The notes under the pieces: model-generated
The model's database searches: none
What the model was told of the DNA's origin: nothing
The model's input: only the letters and a program-made list of their open reading frames with translations
Part shown: positions 23,823 to 36,205 of the stretch, one piece after another
Position numbering within the stretch: position 1 is the first letter of the stretch
How the letters are laid out: each line of letters opens with the position of its first letter
Position numbers and translations under genes: made by a program
NCBI RefSeq assembly: GCF_006345805.1
Contig: NC_043007.1
Location: forward strand, 59,644,001-59,708,000
Origin: Octopus sinensis
Taxonomy: Eukaryota
DNA: 64,000 nt
Reading direction: 5' to 3'

Positions 23823-23823
<1 letters not shown>
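23487..23823. mobile_element. ~337-bp non-coding element embedded in a (TAT/TAA)n tract
   Basis: Sharp ends tgagtgagagagcag...gctcccccact flanked by (tta)n on both sides. Confidence 0.6.
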
Positions 23824-23912
<89 letters not shown>

Positions 23913-24009
23913 TCACTGATTGGAATCGAACTCGGAATCTTGGTGTTAGTCCACACTTTCAACCCGTGGGCAATTATAGAGTGAATTTTAGGGTTTATAA
24001 ATCTAATAT

Positions 24010-24519
24010 TTCTCCTGCCCTTCCTTAATACCGGTTCCCATATGCTGTTCATATCTGCACTCGGTCTGCTTAGGAGGTTGCTGTGTCCTTGCATATGTGC
24101 TGCTTCTTTTAGTGTTCGTATTTTCCAGTGGTGTTCTCTGTCTACTATTTTGACTTCATCCCATACGGGGAGGTGGTCTCCATTTTTCCATACATGATCA
24201 GCTATACCCGATTTATCAATATCTCCTCTTGTCACAGCTTTGCGATGTTCGTCTACCCTTATTTTGAAGGGACGGCATATATACATGTATATATATACAT
24301 GTGTGTGTGTGTGTGTGTGAATACTGTCCTGATGTCATATGGGTCACACCAATGGAGGAGAATATGGCCAAAAACTGAGTGTACTCCATCCCAAGCAGTT
24401 GTGGTAGGTTATAGAAAGGCGAAACGTGCCGTCCCTTCAAAATAAGGGTAGACGAACATCGCAAAGCTGTGACAAGAGGAGATATTGATAAATCGGGTAT
24501 AGCTGATCATGTATGGAAA
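24010..24519. mobile_element. Penelope-like GIY-YIG endonuclease fragment in two opposite orientations
   Basis: Minus 24010-24277: CRPFKIRVDEHRKAV...IADHVWK...RTLKEAAHM. Plus 24320-24519: KN*VYSIPSSCGRL*KGETCRPFKIRVDEHRK. The two share a 93-bp inverted overlap. Confidence 0.8.
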
Positions 24520-24542
24520 TATATATATATATATATATATAT

Positions 24543-25642
24543 ATCACAATCAAGGAACGGCCATAATAGGCCATTCACCCACTAGAAATAACAGCCAAAG
24601 CTTCAACCGCAAAATAACATTAATTCCGTAAACCAGGAGAAAATTAAAAAACATTTACCCTGTAATTTCTTATACGATGCACCGTTTCATCTACTGTTTA
24701 ATGGTAAACTAACCTGATTAAATTAAATCAAGCCAATCTTCCATAGGCCCTTAGATTCGTCAGTAAGAGATAGCCAGATCGGAACATATATTTTCACGAG
24801 GCATTTCTGTCCCTGCCTCGGCAATATCTGACCTAAAATTTTCAAATCATTGCACTCGCGCCAAATTTATCGGCAGCAAATAAATATAAACCGCCGATTC
24901 CATTACGGAATTAACCAGAAAATTCATAATTAATCAATATAGGGTGGCAAAAAATTTTGTAGAATTTTTTTGCCACCAGCGGCCTAGTGGGAAAAAATTA
25001 AATAGTCATAGACCATTTTTAAGTTCAACATCACAATCAAGGAACGGCCATAATAGGCCATTCACCCACTAGAAATAACAGCCAAAGCTTCAACCGCAAA
25101 ATAACATTAATTCCGTAAACCAGGAGAAAATAAAAAACATTTACCCTGTAATTTCTTATACGATGCACCGTTTCATCTACTGTTTAATGGTAAACTAACC
25201 TGATTAAATTAAATCAAGCCAATCTTCCATAGGCCTTAGATTCGTCAGTAAGATATAGCCAGATCGGAACAGATATTTTCACGAGGCATTTCTGTCCCTG
25301 CCTCGGCAATATCTGACCTAAAATTTTCAAATCATCGCACTCGCGCCAAATTTATCGGCAGCAAATAAATATAAGCCGCCGATTCCATTACGGAATTAAC
25401 CAGAAAATTCATAATTAATCAATATAGGGTGGCAAAAAATTTTGTAGAATTTTTTTGCCACCAGCGGCCTAGTGGGAAAAAATTAAATAGTCATAGACCA
25501 TTTTTAAGTTCAACATCACAATCAAGGAACGGCCATAATAGGCCATTCACCCACTAGAAATAACAGCCAAAGCTTCAACCGCAAAATAACATTAATTCCG
25601 TAAACCAGGAGAAAATTAAAAAACATTTACCCTGTAATTTCT

Positions 25643-25646
<4 letters not shown>
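24543..25646 (-). mobile_element. Second family A hammerhead array (~486-bp unit, 2.3 units) inserted in (TA)n
   Basis: Diverged copy of the 3191-7014 unit; unit starts at 24543, 25030 and 25515; (TA)n on both sides. Confidence 0.87.
24668..24768 (-). ncRNA. Type I hammerhead ribozyme, family A variant (second copy 25154-25253)
   Basis: tctta-CTGACGA-a-tcta...taga-t-GAAA-cggtgcatcg-TA^-taaga. A10.1-U11.1 is paired, and stem I shows a compensatory change. Confidence 0.88.
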
Positions 25647-25726
<80 letters not shown>

Positions 25727-25757
25727 GATAGATAGATAGATAGCTAACTGCAGTTAG

Positions 25758-25789
<32 letters not shown>

Positions 25790-27159
25790 TTAAAACCGGA
25801 AAATGCGCGTATTCAATGATATATTAAAACTGTCAAATTTCGCTTCTCGATGGGTGATGTATACGCATTTCTATTTGTAAACTGGCTTTTTTTATCGCTT
25901 TTAGATGAAAATTTTAAAAAAGACGTTGCAATGGTGTTCCACTTCAAAAATCGGCCAGTCATATACGACGGAAGCGGAAAAAGCTGCGTAAACCTACTGC
26001 ATTCTTTCAGAGTGACATTAAGTTTACAGAGAACACAAAAGATCGAGACCGAATCAAAATGAAATTTAAATTTGACTTACAAATAATGAATATTGATACG
26101 GGTAATACTAAAATAAAATCTCTTTCAACAACAAAGTTAATTTTGTTTTTATTTGAGAAGCTTAGCAGAGAACTCTTCAAATATTCACAGTAAAGGAACT
26201 ATTTGTATGTCTATGTGTATGTAGGTATATGCGTACATATATGTACACACACACACACACACACACACATACACACACACACAACACACACACACAAACA
26301 CACACAAACACACACACACAAACACACACAAACACACACACACACGCACATACATATTTGTATATATCATTACAGTTCAAATATGTTTTCTGTACCTAGC
26401 AAACAACCGAGGGATTTTCTACTTTGGTATATCCTGGCATAAACCAGAGATTAGAGTCAAAAGTCAATATAATCTATAAACTGTAAGCCAGCTGTTGTTG
26501 ACACGTTAAAAACAGCAACAAGAATAACAAAAAAAAAAACGAAACCAACAAAAATGAACCACATTGTATATGAAAGTATAAAATATTCAAAATACTTGTA
26601 TTTCAGTTGATGTCTCCTCTGTCAGATAATATTATTAATTCTACTTCAAACGTGAACTGAATAATAAAAATAAATATTTGATTTCATTTTGCATTGTTTT
26701 GCTTTATTATGTCACGAAATTTTTAATAATGCTTTTGTCCTTGGTTAGGGAAAAATAATCGAGATAGTTTAACTGAGATAAATCGAACATAATTAGGCTA
26801 AAAGAGTCCAGGAACGGTGCACCTGTCATACAATTGTAGCGAGATCTTAGGTTGTATTATATGAAAATTAAAGACCATCTAACGATGTGATTCTTACTCT
26901 TTTTGTTACACACTCTACTTCGATTTCAGCCACCACCCCTCAAAATAACCTTCAACTTTACAACGATCAAAGTTAATATAGATTTATTTCTGTCAGTTAC
27001 TTCTTTCCGACCCTCTGTTCCTATTTACTCCTCACCTTTTCTTCTTTGCTGGACCCCCCTCTCCGTATCTGACGAAAGACCAAACGTCAAATTTTTACTC
27101 TTAACGCTCTCTCTTCATAATCTTGTTCTTCACGTGTCAAGCTAATAACTTTCAGTGTG

Positions 27160-27375
27160 AAGGCGGCGTGCTGGCAGAAAAGTTAGCACGCCGGACAAAA
27201 TTCTTAGCGGTATTTCGTCTGTTTTCATGTTCTGAGTTCAAATGCTGCTGAGGCCGACTTTGCCTTTCAGCCTTTTGGGGTCGATATATTAAATACCAGT
27301 TGCGTACTGCGGTCGATCTAATCGACTGGCCCCCTCCCACAAAATTTCGGGTCTTTGTTCCTAGAGTAGAAAGGA
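27160..27375 (+). mobile_element. tRNA-derived SINE (ggcggc...ctggcaga family)
   Basis: Same head and core as 11764. Confidence 0.85.
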
Positions 27376-27719
27376 ATATTTTTCAGTGTGAAAGTACCTT
27401 GGATCTTTGTTGCTTTTATGCTTCAATTTGGCGTTTGTTATTGCTCTGCCTATTCATACATACATACACACACATCTTTCATCTTATCTGTTTTCATCTT
27501 TTACTTGTTTCAGCGCCTATTTTTTAATCCTGATACTTATTCTAACGTTTTCATTTTCCGAACCGCTAAGTTACGGGAACGTAACAAGCCAACTGTAATT
27601 ATCAATAATGTGTTTGTATGTATGTATGTATGTATGTATGTATGTATGTATGTATGTATGTATGTATGTAGTATGTATGTATGTATGTATGTATGTACGT
27701 ACGCGCGCATGTGTGTGTA

Positions 27720-27806
<87 letters not shown>

Positions 27807-28073
27807 ATACACGCACACACATTTATGGGTATGTGTATGTGTGTATGTATATGTATATAATCAAAAGACGTTTTAATTAAAACTTTGTTGCAAGTTTTAT
27901 TCACTTGTTATTTACTCACACTTCATTCCGAAGTAATCCATTCCCCAGAAAAAATGTTGCAAGGTTCTCTGTACTGAAATCCAGATCTTGGAAAACAGAT
28001 CCAACTGATGGATAAGAAAGTGTATCACGTCCTGAATGTGGGAATAAATATTGTAGTTGTTTCCATCAAGTGA

Positions 28074-28850
28074 AATATAGGCTGTTCAGGCTAAATTTGA
28101 CGATTTTCCCCCTCTCCTTTTTTTTTCATGAACAGCTCAATGTGTTGGTGAATAGTCAACGGCAATGAAGAGCTTAAAGATTAAAGTTGCAGTTAAGAAA
28201 ATGTTAACCGAGACGGGTTACTGGAAGCCATCTGAAAATTGGAAAAGAGTTACCTGTATCATGATGATTCGCGCCGGATGTCAAAATGCAGACATCCTGA
28301 CTGCAGCTCAATGCTTTTTGAACACTGTAAAGGCTGTAAAACATGATATAGACAGCTGCAACGGAGACTGTAAAGACATGGCTAGCAGAATGGGACACAG
28401 CAGCAGGCATTCTGTGTTCGTACATCAGATTTCATCCAACACAGGAGGACTAAGATCTAAGAAAGGGAATTCAGGATTTGGCTGGAGAGATGGGTGTTGG
28501 AGTCGCAACCATGAAGCTGACCCTGAATGAGGACCTTCGCTACCAGTCGTATCATTAGTATAGGCAAATTCTGACAGCCAAGGTCAAAGCTTGACGACCT
28601 CCCTGTCCCAATTTCTGGCATCCCAATTTCCATGATAGTAATTCCATGAGTTACTGTGATGGAGGCGCGGCTAAGAAAGGCACCAACAGCTCTGCTGCAA
28701 CACCAAGGTCAAGCTGGTGGCCAAGATCAAGCAGGTGCTTGAAGATCTTCCCAGGGATACAGTGAGGAATGCATGTTCCAGGTTCCAGAGCCGTCTTGAG
28801 GCCGTGTTGGGACCTGAGAGCAGCTAATTTGAGTAAACTGTTATCTCTGA
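28074..28850 (+). mobile_element. Internally deleted Tc1/mariner (DD37D-like) remnant
   Basis: N-terminal SENWKRVTCIMMIRAGCQNADILTAAQC and C-terminal ...KLVAKIKQVLEDLPRDTVRNACSRFQSRLEAV-type sequence. Left TIR-like tataggctgttcaggctaaatttgacg; right TIR not found. Confidence 0.6.
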
Positions 28851-29539
28851 GCCTAGTTAATATTTTTTGTTTTTATGAAATACTATAATGTATATTGTGG
28901 CCGGTTATGTTCCGTAACTCAACAATTCGAAAAATAGAAATTAATAAAATAAGTACAAGATTAAAATAAATCAACGGTGATATGATAAACTAAATCCCTT
29001 GAAGGTGGTGTCCTAAAATGACTCCAATGACCCAAACTAGCAAATGAGTGAAAATGTATACCGAATCTTTTTCGGTCCCAGAGTAGAAGCTAAACAATGA
29101 AAAGTTATGTATTTTGCCTGAGCTATGTACTTTATTCGGAAGTGGCTTAAGTGTAATGTGAATACTGTTGACGATAAATTACCCTGTGTATAATATATGA
29201 TACACAGGACATATTTCCTTGGCGTCCTTTGCATCATATATGATACACATTCCTAATTTTTTTCAACCATTAGAGTAACTTGGAACTTAGGATAGGTGAG
29301 CTTTACATTACTTAGAAATATGAAACAAAGGCTAAATAAAAGTTTGAAAACAAAGCATGTATGTTTAGAAGAAACTCATGAAAGTGCTTTGAACCGGCAA
29401 AGGGTTAAGAAAAGATTTTTATTTTTGCCTGTTGGCAGGAAATGCTTGATTCTGTCTGAGATTTCGGGAACGTTAGAATTGGGAATGATGAAACGATCCA
29501 GGACATAATTAAGCAAGTTACACCGATATTTAGATTATT

Positions 29540-29553
29540 AATAGAGAGGAGGA

Positions 29554-29616
<63 letters not shown>

Positions 29617-30260
29617 AGAGAATTAGAGAGAAATAAAGAGGGGAGACCGAAAGAGAAGTGAATGTGAAATTGTATACTGGAAAGAATTAGGAATGGAAAG
29701 GGAAAAGAAGAGAAAGGAGAAAGAGAAAAGAGATGGAATATGAAGAATATATGGGAAAAAGTGAAAAAGAAAAAGGAATGAAGCAATAACGGACTATAAA
29801 AATGTAAGAGGAGAATATTAATGAGATAGAGTGGGGGTGGGAAAGGAGAAGAAGAGTGTAGTGATTAAATAGAATTTAAATAAATAGGGGTTGGTTAAAT
29901 TAAGAAATTTGAGCTGGAGCAAAGGAAGGAAACGAAAGTGAAGTAGAAGCAGATAAGAGAGGGAGAGAGAGAGAGAAAGAAAGAGAGAGAAAGAAAGAAA
30001 GAGAGAGTCTGACAGAGAGAAGGCTGAGATGAGAGAAAGAGAGAGAGACAGATAAAAGAGAGAGAGAGAGAGAGAGAGAACAGCAGCAGCAGTGGCAGCA
30101 GTAGAAGTGGCAGCAGCAGCAGTAACAGTAGCAGCTGTAGCAGTAGCGGTAGTTGTAGTATTTGTTCTAGTGGTAGAAGAAGAAGAAGAAGAAGAAGAAG
30201 AAGAAGAAGAAGAAGAAGAAGAAGAAGAAGAAGAAGAAGAAGAAGATCCTACATTTGAAA
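29540..30260. repeat. Purine-rich (GA)n, (GCA/GTA)n, (GAA)n block
   Basis: Direct inspection. Confidence 0.9.
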
Positions 30261-30586
30261 CTGGGATAGAAACTTTCCGCTCCATTGAATCCCTCACTCT
30301 CATATTTGCAATTCAATTCTCCATTTTCTGATTCTGTCAACAAATGATGATGCAGCAGTTTATATCATGAATAGAAGAGGGTGAGTCTGCCATACTAATA
30401 AAGCTGCTGTTGGTTGATTGGTTGGTTGGTTTGTTGGTCAGTTGGTTTGAGCCCGATTTAAGCATAATTTTTCTTTCGTCTGATACTATGTGACATGACT
30501 GGAATTAGTTTGGAGAGATTCATCTTTATGATTAGCGACTACAAAAGGAAGTGTTTTCTTTTCCAATATCAACCTTCCGAATAAGT

Positions 30587-32150
30587 CAGGGATCCTCAGC
30601 CACTGGCTGACGGACCAGTACCACACCATGGATCATTTGTAACCGGGCCGCACAGAAAGAATACGAAGGTCGACTGAAAAGTTAATAGGTTGAACAAGAT
30701 ACTCTCATGGACTATCACCAAATGAGGTTTATTTTTCAACATAATCCCCGTTGTGGCCCACACACTTCTTCCATTAGTGTTGCAGTGCTTCAATCCCATT
30801 GATGAAAAAGCTTTCGTCCTGTGGGTCAAAACCAGATATGACGTCATCATTACTGCGTTACTGGTTCTCAACCAAGAGCTTTTTTCAAATTGGGGAACAG
30901 ATAATAGTCAGATGGAACCAAATCAGAAGAACACGGAGAGTGATCAACTAGTTCAAAGCCACAACCATGCACAGCAGCCAGTGAAATCAAATATTTACGT
31001 GCTGGAGCATTGTCATCATGAAACGTAACCCCTTTCATCAGTTTTCCTGGGCGTTTGGTCTTGGTAGATTCTCGCAACTACCACAGCAAGTTGGAATGAT
31101 ACTCCCCATGGGTATTGTGGCCCTTTTGAACATAGTCAATAAACACAATGCCTTTTGCATCTCTAAAATCTGAAACTTTTTGTCTCTGGCTGAAATTGAT
31201 GAAGCCAGTACTTATCCTGGGTTCAAGGAAACCAACTGGATCTGACTCAAATAATGCTAGATTTTTTTTTCCGTGATGTGAAGAACCTGCTACGTTTTTG
31301 ATGAGGTGTTAGAAAACGTAGCACCCACTGAGAAGAAACTTTCAACATATCAAGTTCATTGAGCAGAATATTCTCAATTCTCTCATGGGTTATGCTGATA
31401 GCATTGCTTATTTGATTTATAGGTCAATCGTCTGTCATATATCACCATGTGGTGAACACGATCAATATTTACCTCAGTGGTGGCAGTTGCAAGACGTCCA
31501 GACTTCGGGTCATCTTCAAGACTCTCCCTTCTAAATTGTTTCCCACTTCAATATTGTCGATGAAACTGGAGCGTCACCCTCTAAAGTAGCAATCATGTCA
31601 ACCTGCAGATACTTGATAATATCATGAAACCATGTTTTGTCCATTTTCAACAGAAGTCGCCAATAGTTACTTTTGGAGTCTTTGAACAGTCTGATGTCAG
31701 TTTACCTGGAAAGAAACAATGCAGTTATTAATAAGAAAAGCTGAAATTTATGCATGCAAGACTTCACAGCTCTAGCATTATTCCTTTATAGTCAACCTAT
31801 GAACTTTCCAGCCCAACCTCGTATGCATAATTCATCTATTATTACCTGTCATTTCCCTCATAACCACCGATACCAAATAACCCATTCACTTCGTCAACAC
31901 TATTCAATTCGATGTCACTAACCACTCGTAAATATTTAAAATTTAATTTCTATTTTATTGACTACCACAGTTTTCTGGTTGTTTTTGCATTATATATGCA
32001 TTATATATGTAATATATATAAAAATTAAATTATAAATTATGCACTGTATTGTGTCTTGATATGCGTGTGTTCCTCCCGACCATGGAAAAGTTGTCTTCCA
32101 TGAAACCAGTTACTGATACAAAAAGAAAAAAAAATGTTGGGGACCGCTTG
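30587..32150. mobile_element. hAT-Charlie (MER1-like ends) non-autonomous element interrupted by a mariner
   Basis: Left end cagggatcctcagcc...aaccgggccgcacag and right end gaaaagttgtcttccatgaaacc...gttggggaccgcttg resemble MER1/Charlie termini. Confidence 0.65.
30664..31821 (-). mobile_element. Mariner (DD34D) transposon, decayed
   Basis: TIRs cgaaggtcgactgaaaagttaataggttga / tcaacctatgaactttccagcccaacctcg, TA flanks, FHDDNAPARK and HSPCSSDLVPSDYYLFPNLKK motifs. Confidence 0.88.
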
Positions 32151-32759
32151 TATAAAAGAAAACTTTCAGTAAAAAACGAATGATGAATATGTAAATTAAT
32201 TAATGATTTACATGTTAATCAATAACCTTTACTTTCCTGCCTGAATACAGAGAACTTGATCAGGATGAAGCAATAATGTAAATTGTCATAAATACAGTTT
32301 TGGTGGACGCAACATAGGCAAATGGTTACGAAATTTGTTTTACAATCATGAGGTCCAGCGTTCGATTTCACTGTGAGGTGTCTTGAGTCGGTGTCTTTCA
32401 CCAGTGCCTCGAATCAATCGAAGCTTCGTGAGTGAAAATGAGTAGACGGAAACTGCGGAATCGCAACGGATGGATTGATCCTGTATCAAGTTGGTTCAAC
32501 TTGAGAATTACGTAGGATATATATGTTTCTGAAATGCACAACCACTTACACGCTAATCCAATTAACAAGTATAGGTAATTCAGAATAACTAAATACTTAC
32601 CATAGAAACTGTCGGAGATGCATTTATTTATTATCCTTTCATAAAAGCAAGTCTCCAGCGCAAGTCATCATTCCTGTTCTCATGCAGCTTAATGCAGTGG
32701 GTCTCAAACGTTGTTCCATGGCGTACAAGTGTACCAAAGGGGGTACCTAAGTACGCTAC

Positions 32760-33200
32760 TTGGATATTTAGATGTTCTACAAGGATATCTAGGAGCGGTG
32801 CGGGAGATCTTCTGGTGTGTTGCGAGTGATATATAGATGCACTACAAAAATATCTAGGTATGCTGCGAGAGATATCTAAGCGTTGTGCGAGGGATATTTA
32901 GGTGCGGTGCGAGAAATATCCAGGTGTGTCGTAAGGGATATCATGTTGGGCTGTGATGAATATCTCGGTGCGTGACTAGAATATCTAGGAGCGGTACGAA
33001 GGATATCTAGGTACGCTACAAGGTTATTTTGGTGTGGTGCGAGACATATCTGGGTCATATGGTGCAAAGGATCTTGGTAGGCTGCGAGGTACATCTAGGC
33101 ATTCTGCAAGGATATCTCAGAGCGGTGTAAAGGATATCTAGGTACTGCGCAAGGATGTCTAGGTGCTGAGCGAGGAATATCTCGTGTTCTACAGATTTTT
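32760..33200. repeat. Degenerate ~22-bp minisatellite (gatatctaggtgcggtgcgag-like, ~20 units)
   Basis: atatct-ag-gt recurs about every 22 bp, directly after an hAT-like start cagtgggtctcaaac at ~32695. Confidence 0.8.
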
Positions 33201-33589
33201 CAAAAGAATATCATTCAATGTTTTAGAAAACTAACACTAAGGCTTGGAGGTCTTGGAAACGCTTTATTCGTGAAAAGAACGTGGAAGGTTGATAGGAGTA
33301 TTGTGGAATAATAAAGGAAGATTGCGAGCTGCTTACAATGTGAGGAGAGAATTATGGGGTCTCTGAGAAGTATCACGAACTCTGGGAAGTGTCATGTTAG
33401 CGATAAAAAGAATCCTTTCCAGTGCTACCCAAGAGAATATTCCTTTCCTAGCAACTTAACAGCAAGCAAATCACTTCAAAGACATGAAGAGGCCCTTGAA
33501 AGGACCGAGAATCAGGGGAATTATCGAAGTTTTGGTGATCATGACAGAGGGGGAAATGTATTGGATTTATTCTTTTATTCTCTTACACG

Positions 33590-34240
33590 TTTCAGTCATT
33601 TGACTGCAGCTATGCTGGAGCACTGCCTTAAAGGGTTTTAGTCGAAGAAATCGTCTCCAGGACTTATTCTTTATAAGCCTAGTACTTATTCAACCAGTCT
33701 CTTATGCCGAACCGCTAAGTAACGGGGACATAAACGCACCAACATCGGTTGTAAAACGATGATGGGGTGGGGGACAAACACACACATAAATATTTATCAT
33801 TGCTATTGTGTTAAACCGTCGTATGTCCACATTGGCCAAATGCGTGTTTTTCAATATTTATTTTTGCTTGTAATAGCCGTTTTTTTTTTGGGGGGGGGGG
33901 GCGATCAAACTGTTTTATCTCCAGTTGCTTCAGATGCCAAGATATCAACAATTGTTAAAGTGTAGTACAAAGGTTTTGCTATGGAATGGTGAAACTATAT
34001 TTTCATTTTCTGAGAAAGCAACGTTTTTGACTTACGACACTTTTGCATAATAGCAATGATACACGCACACACACACACACACACACACGTATATATACGA
34101 CGGGCTTTTTTCAGCTTCCATCTTTCAAATCCACTCACAAGGCTCTGGACGGCCCGAGGTTATAATAGAAGACAGGACTGAACCCAGAACCATGAGTTTA
34201 GGAAGCAAACTTATTACCACACATCCACACCTGCGCCTAT
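33590..34240 (-). mobile_element. CORE-like SINE split by an intervening sequence
   Basis: Tail at 33590-33790, head/core at 34095-34240. Confidence 0.7.
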
Positions 34241-34553
34241 GGTAGGACGTGTGTAATGTAAAGGTTATAGAGTAGCGTCTATGTTGTCGAGAACTTCGCT
34301 CCACATTCGATCCCATAGGGCAGAATCTTGGACAAGTGTCTTCGGTTTGGCCAATACCTTCTGAGTAAAATTTAGTTCGCAAAGGGAGTGGATAAAATAA
34401 AGTACCAGTACTTGACTGGTACTTTATCTTATCGACTCTGGAAGGACGAAAAGCAAAGCTGACCTCGGTGGGATTTGAGCTCAAACGGTAAAGAGCTGGA
34501 AGAAATGTTGCAAGGAATTTTCTAATTCTGTAACGATTTTGAAGAAGAAAATG

Positions 34554-34616
<63 letters not shown>

Positions 34617-35707
34617 TGCGTGCGTGCGTGCGTGCGTACATACTAGTTGTGATAATGGTATATGTTTAATAGTGGTGGACGTGGTAGTGGTGATGGTATA
34701 TATTTGGAGTGGGTGTTGGTGGAGGAGGCGATAGGAAGAGACATATTTGGTGAAGTAATTAAAAATCATCAACAACTGTCATCCATCAATACAGATTATC
34801 GCTGACGTCAGCGTTTGCTAAGTTGTTTTTTCTTTTTTTTAAATTTTATGTTAGCAATCAGTTTCAAGAAAATTATCCTGCATTTTTCATTTAGTTTTCT
34901 CTACTCACTACCTATCTTCTCTCGCTGTGTGCGTCTGTAATGTATATGTGTGTGTGTATATAAGGATATAATACATAAATGTCTTTGTATTTGTGTATAT
35001 ATATATATGTGTGTGTGTGTGTATATATATATATTTTCCGAATTTATATAAATGTGTATAGAATAACATCAGTTGAATAAAGTTAAAACATGGTCTGGTT
35101 TTCATGTCTTTTTTACGATATTTTTAAAAAATATAAATTTTTTACAATGTTGAAGTGTGTTAAACATTAAAAAAATATTGGCGCCTTCATACGTTCGCAG
35201 TAATCATCAGATTTCAAAATGTATTTAACTGACATTAGAGTTCATGGCAACTGTAGTAGAAAACTAACTTCCTTTTTGTACCTCTTAAAAGGCTCCAACA
35301 AGCCGAAGTTTTGGAATACGGTTTTGACCATTCCGCATGCACCTTAAATGTTACGGTTTTCCGGGTGTACCGATATTACTGGCATATATCATGTCTTTAT
35401 TTTAACCAATTAGCTTGCGGCTTACATGTAATAGTTTTATGAATGAGCAATCGTTTTTATTTGAGTTGGTGGGAGTCTTCTGTAATTTGTTTATATTCAT
35501 ATGTTAAAGATATATTTTAATCCACCTCATTGTTGTTATATTATTGTTGTTATTTCCTTTCGGAACAGGTCTGAACATATTATTAAACCGTTTTTTTTTT
35601 ATTTTTGATCCAACCTCACTTCTGCCACGTTTCTATATGTTCGCTCAATGGAATTTGGCGAACATTAGCATTCTGGATTTGTTGTCTGTGGACTAGAGAG
35701 CGTTCCG

Positions 35708-35821
<114 letters not shown>

Positions 35822-35949
35822 ATGTATGTATGTATGTATGTATGTATGTATGTATGTATATACATATGTTTACATAAATCAATATATGTCTGTGTGTTCC
35901 CCCATATATATATATATATACAATAATATGTTACTTTACTCGGTAGTCA

Positions 35950-36012
35950 AGATAAAACTCTGAGTTTCAGATGCCGAAGTGGAAATCCACAACACCATCT
36001 CTTCGATTATCT
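35950..36012 (-). ncRNA. Degenerate hammerhead-like motif in the PLE 3' end
   Basis: agataa-TCGAAGA-gatg...catc-t-GAAA-ctcagag-TT^-ttatct: perfect 6-bp stem I and palindromic stem III, but the core reads TC instead of CT and the stem II register is off by one. Confidence 0.55.
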
Positions 36013-36205
36013 GGCTATTTGAAAACGCTATGAAAAAATACCGTTAAATAAAGGGAAATTACTGTGTTATAACTCTGCTTGCCTGCGTACTTATACATCG
36101 CTCGCATTTTTCGTCATAAAAATTATATAAAAATACATAAAAATATACAAAAATATATAAAAAAATATATAAAATCTTCTTGGGACATAACATAGAAAGC
36201 ATGTT

